Below, in pieces: positions 36,700 to 45,500 of a stretch of DNA of 64,000 nucleotides. Both the position numbers and the translations under genes were made by a program. Below the pieces are notes generated by a model, which was not told the origin of the DNA, made no database searches, and saw only the letters and a program-made list of their open reading frames with translations. Numbering within the stretch: the stretch's first letter is position 1; each line of letters begins with the position of its first letter. Source of the DNA: Gemmatimonadota bacterium. Its GTDB lineage: Bacteria; Gemmatimonadota; Gemmatimonadetes; Gemmatimonadales; GWC2-71-9. Location: positions 1-64,000 of the forward strand of contig JAZDCY010000026.1 of assembly GCA_036679645.1 (NCBI GenBank), read 5' to 3'.

Positions 36700-37932
36700 C
36701 TAGTGGAAGAACAGGTACGCGATCAATATTCCCGCGATCACAGCAGCGAAATCCGCCGCCAACCCACAAGCCACCGCATATCGCGTCTTTCTCACTGAGA
36801 CCGATCCAAAGTACACGGCGACGATGTAGAAAGTCGTGTCGGTTGCCCCTTGGAAGGTGCTGGCCAACCGGCCGACGAACGAATCGGCCCCGTGGGTCTG
36901 CATGGCGTCCACCATCATCCCGCGCGCTCCGCTGCCGCTCAACGGTTTCATCAACGCGGTCGGGAGTGCCTCGATGAAATCGGTGTTGATGCCGATTCCG
37001 CCGAACACCGCGCCAACACCCGCCACCAGGTAGTCCATTGCTCCGGACGCGCGAAACACGCCGATCGCGACCAGGATGGCCACGAGATAGGGAATGATCT
37101 TGATGACGACGGGGAACCCCTCTTTGGCCCCCTCAATGAACGCCTCGTATACGTTGACGCGTTTCAGCATCGCCATGGTGATGAAGGCGGTGATGACGCC
37201 AAACAGGATCACGTTGGCGGCCACAGTCGAGATCGTCTCGATCTGCTCCTGCGGGAGGCGGGAGAAATAGAAGATCGTCGCGCCCACGGCGCCGGTAACG
37301 CCAAGCAGGTAGGCCATCACGACGCGATCGAACAGGTTGATGCGCTGCACGACCGCGACCGTCACCAGCCCGACCAGCGTCGAGAAGAACGTCGTCAGCA
37401 GGATGGGAATGAAGATGTCCGACGGGTTGGCAGCACCGAGTTGCGCGCGATAGACCATGATGCTGATCGGTATCAGCGTGAGCCCCGACGTGTTCAGCAC
37501 GAGGAACATTATCTGCGCGTTGGTGGCCGTGTCCTTCTTTGGGTTCAGCTCCTGCAGTTCCTGCATTGCCTTGAGCCCCAACGGCGTCGCCGCATTGTCG
37601 AGCCCCAGCATGTTGGCGGCGAAGTTCATGATCATCGAGCCGTGCACCGGATGATCGCGCGGGATCTCCGGAAAGATCCGGTGAAAGAAGGGTCGCACCA
37701 CCTTGGCTAGCACGTCGATGACCCCACCCTTCTCGCCCACGCGCATGAGTCCCAGCCAGAGCGTGAGCACACCCGTAAGCCCCAGGGAGATCTCAAACCC
37801 CGTCTTGGCCATGTCGAACGTGCTATTGACCATGGCCGAGAAGATCTCCGTATCGCCGAGGACGATCAGCTTGATCAACCCCACGACCATGGCGATCAGG
37901 AAAAACGCGATCCAAATGTAGTTGAGGACCAT
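36700..37932 (-). CDS. Fused SpmA/SpmB (nucleoside-recognition Gate domain) membrane protein
   Basis: MVLNYIW, ANMLGLDNAATPLGLKAM, FLVLNTS, KPLSGSGARG, TDTTFYIVAVYFGSV. Confidence 0.92.
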   Translation of the reverse strand: MVLNYIWIAFFLIAMVVGLIKLIVLGDTEIFSAMVNSTFDMAKTGFEISLGLTGVLTLWLGLMRVGEKGGVIDVLAKVVRPFFHRIFPEIPRDHPVHGSMIMNFAANMLGLDNAATPLGLKAMQELQELNPKKDTATNAQIMFLVLNTSGLTLIPISIMVYRAQLGAANPSDIFIPILLTTFFSTLVGLVTVAVVQRINLFDRVVMAYLLGVTGAVGATIFYFSRLPQEQIETISTVAANVILFGVITAFITMAMLKRVNVYEAFIEGAKEGFPVVIKIIPYLVAILVAIGVFRASGAMDYLVAGVGAVFGGIGINTDFIEALPTALMKPLSGSGARGMMVDAMQTHGADSFVGRLASTFQGATDTTFYIVAVYFGSVSVRKTRYAVACGLAADFAAVIAGILIAYLFFH

Positions 37933-37934
37933 GA

Positions 37935-38639
37935 CTAGGCGACGACCTTGCTGTCCGTGAGCAACTCCACCAGGACCGGTACGTGGTCGCGCACGATGTC
38001 GTCGTTCGTGGCGAGTGGGAATTCGTAGGTGACAACAGTGAGGCCGCGTTCTCCCCCCCACGTACCGAACGAGCCCGGTGTCGGATACCCCACATCCTGC
38101 ACCAGCGGCAGACCGGTGCGTTTGGCTACCCACTGCCCCAACGGGCTGCTGTTGTCGTCGTCGATGCAGGCCAGCGGTGCATGCAACGCGATCGCGGCCT
38201 CCGGCTTCAACTCCTCAATGAGTGCGATCAGCGCCCTGGTCTCCGGCTCGGATGCCGGTTCGGAACCCGGGCTCAACAGAACGTCGCTGGGATCGTCCAG
38301 CGTGGATCTGTGTGTCACCGCCGCGGGCTGCCAGTCGACAGTTGGGAAGTTGCGGTTGAGATCGACACCCCGCGCGTTGCCGCGTGTCCCGCGCTGCAGA
38401 CCGTCCGGGTTGGCAGCCAGTACCACCGCGCAGTGCGACGACGGCTCGGTGAGCTGGCGCAGTGCGCGAGACAACGCCAGCGTCGTCTCCGCTTCTTCCC
38501 CGTGTATGCCGGCGAAAACGAGGAGCGTGCAATCACCCCTGGGTCGCCAGACCGCGAGTGGCACGCCCTGGTACGAGCGCCCGTAGTCCCCTGGCTCCAT
38601 GGAGATTGTGCCCCACCGCTCCCGCGGGCGGAGGTTCAT
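37935..38639 (-). CDS. mpaA: Murein peptide amidase A (M14 zinc carboxypeptidase)
   Basis: YGRS, AGIHGEE, NPDG...RGNARGVDLNRNFP, SEPET, LHAPLACI, VGYPTPGSFG; closely follows the MpaA sequence pattern. Confidence 0.9.
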   Translation of the reverse strand: MNLRPRERWGTISMEPGDYGRSYQGVPLAVWRPRGDCTLLVFAGIHGEEAETTLALSRALRQLTEPSSHCAVVLAANPDGLQRGTRGNARGVDLNRNFPTVDWQPAAVTHRSTLDDPSDVLLSPGSEPASEPETRALIALIEELKPEAAIALHAPLACIDDDNSSPLGQWVAKRTGLPLVQDVGYPTPGSFGTWGGERGLTVVTYEFPLATNDDIVRDHVPVLVELLTDSKVVA

Positions 38640-39334
38640 GTTACCGGCCGATTGATGTTGATCACAAACCGCTCGTAGATCTCATCCAGGTTTTCGAGCA
38701 CCGTATCCTTCAACTGAACGTCTGCCCGCTCGATCGTCGCGCGCAACACATCAGTCGTGAGTTGCTCCATATATGCCGCGGCGACGGGAGCATAACTCAG
38801 ATGCCACCGCTCGGGTGCCACGCCATGCCGGTCCTCGTCGTACGGTCGAAAGAAACCGGACGCGCCGCCGGTGGCAATCCGCTCGTCGATCCAGGCGTGC
38901 AGCGGGCCGAACATCCCGCCGGGACCTACCTCTTCCGGGATCAACTCGACCTCGTATCCCTCGGGTGTGGCGTTCGCATCCCACACATCGACGTCGGTTC
39001 CCCAATGATGGCGCGAGGCACCGGATAACGCGGACCAGCGCAATATTGCAAAGACCAACTCACGCCGGCTCAACGTCTCGAGGTCCAATGGAACGGCGTG
39101 GGAATCGAGAACGGGGCGCTTGCCAGTCACCTTGTCGTTCCAGATCGCGAGCTGTCGTGCGAAGCTCCGGAATCCGGAGAGGATCTGGAGATCGAAGCCC
39201 GCCCCCTGCGCTTCGCGCTGAAGCTCATGGAAGGGCGCAACGACTTCCCAATGAACCGAAACGCCGAGCGATGTGGCGTCGGCGGGCAAGCACAGGTGCT
39301 CGTTCGTACGACCCGTCAGGATGGTCTCTATCAC
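38636..39334 (-). CDS. M15 (VanY-like) D-Ala-D-Ala / LD-carboxypeptidase
   Basis: SGFRSFARQ, RWSALSGASRHHWGTDVDV (SxHxxGxxxD), ERWHLSY; stop overlaps the mpaA ATG; GTG start assumed. Confidence 0.88.
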   Translation of the reverse strand: MIETILTGRTNEHLCLPADATSLGVSVHWEVVAPFHELQREAQGAGFDLQILSGFRSFARQLAIWNDKVTGKRPVLDSHAVPLDLETLSRRELVFAILRWSALSGASRHHWGTDVDVWDANATPEGYEVELIPEEVGPGGMFGPLHAWIDERIATGGASGFFRPYDEDRHGVAPERWHLSYAPVAAAYMEQLTTDVLRATIERADVQLKDTVLENLDEIYERFVININRPVT

Positions 39335-39510
39335 GATGACGATGCTAGGCCGTAGCCGACGATGACGCAATCACCCCGCGTGGCTGGACTGGGCGCATGG
39401 GTCGCCGTGGCGGACCCCGTGGATTACAATGCAATGGTTCCGTCGAGAACGCGGAACGTCACAAGCGATAGCGAGGGCCCTTCACTCAGAACCCCTCCCA
39501 AGCGGAGCCC

Positions 39511-42500
39511 GTGAACCCGAACGACGCTGTTTTTGCCCCACTGTCTCGCGTAGAACTCCCGATCAGCGCCGAAGTATTCGGCATCGAACGACTCGAGCAG
39601 CACGCGGAGAGCCTGGCCGCGGCGCAGCCCACCGCCGATGACCCCTCCAAGGGACGCGCACTCCTCCCACGCGTACGTGAGAACGGGCAGGTGCTGCTCG
39701 CCGGATACCGGAACATCGTCGAGGCGGTTCGCGAAAAGAGCCAGATCACACAGGCCGAAGAGTGGATCCTCGACAACTTTCACGTCGTGGACGAGCAGGT
39801 CCGGGAGATCCGCGATCACCTCCCGCGCAGCTACTACAAGCTCCTGCCAAAAATCACCGACGGCTACCATCTGGGGGGATATCCGCGCGTCTACGGGCTT
39901 GTGTGGGCCTACGTAGCGCATACCGACAGTCGGTTCGATGTCGAGACGCTGCAGGCATTCGTCCGGGCGTATCAGCGCGTCCAACCGCTCGGCATCGGTG
40001 AACTCTGGGCGGTCACGATCCACCTGCGTGTGGCCCTCGTGGAGAATCTACGACGGCTGTCGGAACTGATCATCCGCGCCCGTCATGGACGCGCAATCGC
40101 GGATGCGGTTGCGGATCGTCTGCTGGGGCTCAGCGGTCGGCCGGCGGAGCGCTTGGACGACGTGCTGGGCAGTCTCGGCACCGCTCCACTGGCCAGCGCG
40201 TTTGCCGTGCAGTTGGTGCAGCGACTGCGTGACCAGGCACCATCGATCACACCCGCACTCCACTGGCTCTCCGAGAATCTAGCCGCGCAGGGGAAATCTC
40301 CCACGGACGTGGTTGCCCAGGAACATCAAGCACAGGCCGCGGCGAACATCACCGTCCGGAACATCGTCACCAGCATGCGATCGATGTCCTCGGTCAACTG
40401 GCCGGAGTTCTTCGAGAGCGTCAGCCTGGTGGACAAGGTCTTCCGCTCCATCCCAGGGTTCGCGTCCATGGACTTTGCCACCCGGGACAAGTACCGGGCG
40501 GCCGTCGAGGAGTTATCCCGGGGTTCGCGACAATCCGAACTCGAGGTGGCACGCGAGGCGGTGACGCTGGCCGGCGAGGCACGTGGCGAACGAGAGCGAG
40601 TCTCCACGAATGACCGCCAGGACGAGCAGACGATCGCACCCCAAGATCCAGCCGCCCAATTCATCGTTCCGGAATCCCGCGAGGAAGACCCGGGATATTA
40701 TCTCGTCTCCCGTGGCAGGTGGGCGTTCGAGAAGCGAGTGGGTTATCGCGTTCCGCTGCGAGTTCGCATCCGCCGCGCGTGGCGCGCCCACGCGGTGGTA
40801 GGATACTTCGGCGCGATCGCCGTGCTCACGGCACTCGTGCTCTCCGGCCCGTTGCTCGTGACGTCGAACGCGGGCGCGAGCACACCAATCCTCATCCTAC
40901 TCACAATCCTCGCGCTCGTGCCCGCTTCCGAGATAGCGGTCGCTCTCGTCCATCGCCTGGTGACTTTTGTCGTTCCACCCCGGTTGCTTTCCAAGCTCGA
41001 GCTAGCTCGCGGCGTCCCGGCGGAGCTGCACACCATGGTTGTCGTGCCGACGCTGCTCACGAGCCGCGCGGACATCGAAGAGTCCATCGAACGGCTGCAG
41101 GTTCACTACTTGGCAAATCCCATCGGCCATCTCCACTTCGCACTCCTGACCGACTGGAAGGACGCACGTCACGAGCACATGCCCGGCGACGACGATCTCG
41201 TGGCAGTGCTGGCCGACGGGATCGCGCGCCTGAACGAGCGATACGGGGAGCCGCCTGGCGGCGGGCAACGATTCACGGCGTTGCATAGGCGGCGCGAGTG
41301 GAACCAGAAGGAAGGCAAGTGGATTGGCTGGGAACGCAAACGCGGGAAGTTGCACGAACTGAATCGGCTGTTGCGCGGTGCCACCGACACAACGTTCATC
41401 CCGATCGACGGTACACCGCCCACCGTACCCGATGGCGTTCGCTACGTCATCACACTCGATGCCGACACGCGGCTTCCGCGATCGGCTGCCTACCGGCTCA
41501 TTGGAGCCATGGCGCACCCGTTGAACCGACCGCAGTTCGATCCGGAGTCCGGACGGGTCATCGAGGGATACGCGATCCTCCAGCCACGCATCGCGCCGTC
41601 CCTCCCCACGGGCCCGGGCAGCACGATGTACCAGCGCATCGTCTCTGGACCCGGCGGCGTGGACCCCTATGCGGCCGCGGTCTCGGATGTCTATCAGGAC
41701 CTGTTCGGAGAGGGATCGTATACGGGAAAAGGGATCTACGACGTCGATGCGTTCGAGGCGGCGCTCGCGGGACGCGTCCCGGAAAACGCGCTCCTCAGCC
41801 ACGACCTCTTCGAGGGGCTCTTCGCGCGCGCCGGGCTCGTGACCGATGTCGATCTGTTCGAGGAGTTTCCCACCAACTACGAGGTCGCCGTCCGCCGCCA
41901 TCACCGCTGGGTACGCGGTGACTGGCAGCTTCTCCCCTGGATCCTCGGCCACGAGCGCATCAAGCCCGCGGGGAAGCGAGCGCGCATTCCAGCGCACGGC
42001 CGGTGGAAGATGCTCGACAACCTGCGCCGCAGCCTCTCTGCCCCCTCATCGCTCCTGCTCGGCATCGCCGCATGGACCGTTCCCACCGTCCCGCCGCTGC
42101 TGTGGACGAGCTTGTTCCTGATCGCTCTCGTGTTGCCCGCGTTCATGCCGGTGCTCGACGGTCTGATTCCCAAACGCCAGGGATTCTCGAAACGAAGCCA
42201 CCTGAGCGCCACGGGTAGGGACGTGCAGGTCGCGTCGCTGCAGGCGCTGCTGGCTGTCACGACGCTGGCACACCAGGCCCGCTACATGACGGACGCGGTC
42301 GCGCGCACCGTCGGGCGACTCTACCTCACCAAACGCCATCTCCTCGAGTGGGTCCCCGCCGCGCAGGCTGCGTATGGAGTCGACCTGCGGCTCCGCACCT
42401 TTTATGGGCACCTTCGCTGGAGCGTCGTCCTCGCCGCGAGCGCCGGCGTGCTGTCCGCCATTTCCAAGCCGGGGGCGTGGCCGGTCGCGGGACCGCTGGT

Positions 42501-45500
42501 GCTCCTCTGGATCCTGGCGCCGGTTCTCACGTGGCGGCTCAGTCTTCCGCGGAGGCCCGCCGAGCGCCAACGCCTGTCGCCCAATGAGACACGTGCGTTG
42601 CGGCTCGTCGCACGACGGTCTTGGCGTTTCTTCGAAACGTTCGTAAACGATGAAGAACGCGCGCTCCCGCCCGACAACTTCCAGGAAGACCCGGAACCGG
42701 TCGTTGCCCACCGCACCTCGCCCACCAACATGGGGCTGTACCTCCTGAGCACCATGGTGGCACACGACTTTGGCTGGATAGGAATCCTGGACATGGTCCA
42801 ACGGCTCGAGGCCACGCTGCATACCATGACCGGCCTCCGCCGTTTCCACGGGCACTTCGTAAACTGGTACGACACGAGAGATCTGCGGCCGTTGGAGCCC
42901 CTGTATATCTCCACCGTGGACAGCGGCAATCTGGCGGGGCATCTCATCGCATTGGCACAAGGGTGCCGCCAGTTCACTCGTCAACCGCTGCTGGGCCCCC
43001 AGATACTCGAGGGGATCCGCGACGCGCTGCAGCCGGTACTCGACTCGGCCGAAAAGGCCGCGTTTCACCCGCGCGCGGAAACGGTCACGGGCCCGCAGGC
43101 TCGTGAGGCGTTGGAGGCAGTGGCTTCCCTGCTGGACGATCCCCCGACGTCGCAATCAGAATGGGTTCGCCGGTTCGATGAATTGGAGACCCGCGCGGAG
43201 AATCTCCTGGACATTGCTCACACGCTGTCGACCAGCATCGAGGGCAAGTCCGAATCGGAGATCCTCGTCTGGGCGACGGCCGTGCGCGACACCGTCCGCA
43301 GCCATGCGCGCGATCTCGCGATGCTTCGCTCGGAAACCGATGAGGCATCTGAGGCGACGACCGCCACGCTCGAACACCGTCTCTCCGCCCTCGCGCTCCA
43401 GGCGGGACAGATGGCCCGCGCGATGGACTTCCGATTCCTGTTCGACCCGTCGCGCAAGCTGTTCTCGATCGGTTTCCGTGTGGCCGACAACACGCACGAC
43501 CCCAGCAGCTACGATCTGTTGGCCTCGGAGGCGAGACTGGCGAGTTTCGTGGCCATCGCCAAGGGGGATGTCTCGCCACGACACTGGTTTCTCTTGGGCC
43601 GCGCCCTCACACCGGTAGGACGCGGCGCAGCGCTGATCTCGTGGTCGGGATCGATGTTCGAGTACCTCATGCCGCTCCTCGTCATGGAGCAGCCCGCCAG
43701 TAGCCTGCTCGATCTGACCTGTCGCCTTGTGGTTGAGCGACAGATTCGCTATGGCGCGGAACGGGGCGTCCCCTGGGGAGTATCCGAGTCGGCGTACAAC
43801 GTGCGCGACGTCGAGCTTACGTATCAGTATTCCGACTTCGGCGTGCCTGGTCTGGGACTCAAGCGCGGGCTATTCGAGGACGTGGTAGTAGCACCCTACG
43901 CTACGGCACTCGCGGCCATGGTAAACGCAAGAGCCGTCGTTGACAACATGGCTCGTCTGGAGGAAGCGGGAGCGCGCGGCAGCTACGGATTTTACGAGGC
44001 GTTGGATTTCACACCGTCGCGCTTGCCCGAGAAGCAAGAGGTGGCCGTCGTGCGCGCGTACATGGCCCACCATCAGGGAATGACGATCGTCGCGTTGGGG
44101 AATGTCGTTCATGGCGGTCTGACCCAAAGACGGTTCCACGCGAATCCCACGATCCAGGCGGCGGAGTTGTTGCTGCAGGAACGCACGCCACGTGCGGTGG
44201 CCGTGGCGCGGCCGCGCGGCGAGGAAGTGCAGGTGGCCGCCCACGTCCGTGAATTGGTGCCACCGACCTTGCGACGCTTCGAATCGCCGCACGACATATC
44301 GCCGCGTACCCATCTGCTCTCGAATGGCCGGTACGTGGTCATGGTAACCGCGGCTGGCTCCGGCTTCAGCCGGTGGCGTAACCTTGCCGTTACTCGATGG
44401 CGTGAGGACACGACACGCGACAGCTGGGGCACATTCATCTTCCTGCGGGATGTGAAGACCGGCGACGTCTGGTCTGCCGGATTCCACCCGAGCGGCACCG
44501 AAGTGGATCACTACAGCGTGGTCTATGCGGAAGATCGGGCCAAGATCATGCAGCGCGACCGATCGCTGTCGACGACGCTCGAGATCGTGGTCTCGCCCGA
44601 AGACGACGCCGAGTTGCGCCAGCTCACCGTGACCAACCTGGAAACCCGTGATCGAGAGATCGATGTCACCTCCTATCTCGAGGTGGCGCTTGCGCCGCAG
44701 GCGGCGGACGAGGCGCATCCCGTCTTCTCGAATCTCTTCGTGGAAACCGAGTTCGTGCCCCGGTTCGACACGCTTCTGGCCACTCGTCGCCCGCGTTCGG
44801 CTGACGAGGTCACGCCGTGGCTGGCTCACCTCGCCGCGATCGAGGGGGAAACGGTGGGCGCCTGCCAGTACGAGAGCGATCGCGCCCGCTTTCTCGGTAG
44901 AGGTCGCGCGATCCGTGCACCGCTCTCGGTGATCGAGGGAGAGCCACTCACGAACAGTGAAGGAGCGGTGCTGGATCCGATCATGAGTCTCCGCTACCGG
45001 ATCGCAATTCCGTCCGGCGGCACCGTCCGTATCGTGTTCACCACGCTGGTGGCACCCACCCGCGACGAAGCCCTCGATGTCGCGGAGAAGTACCGCCACG
45101 TCGGAACGTTCGAGCGTGAGAGCTCGCTGGCGTGGATGTACGCGCAGGTCCAGTTGCACCATCTCCGGATCACGCAGGACGAGGCGCATCTCTTCCAACG
45201 GCTCGCCAATCGCCTGCTGTACAGCGATCCCACCCTGCGCGCGACGCCACAGGACCTGGCTACCAACCGTCTCGGGCCGTCCGGGCTTTGGGCTCACGGC
45301 ATCTCGGGCGATCTGCCAATCGCGGTCGTGCGCGTCGAGCGGGAGGAAGAGCGGGACGTCGCGCGACAGCTGCTGCGAGCCCACGAGTACTGGCGTCTGA
45401 AAGGGATCGCCGCCGACCTGGTGATCCTCAACGCGAAAGGACCGTCCTACGCGCAGGGTTTTCAGGAAGCCTTTGAAGCGATGGTGCGTGCGAGCCAGTC

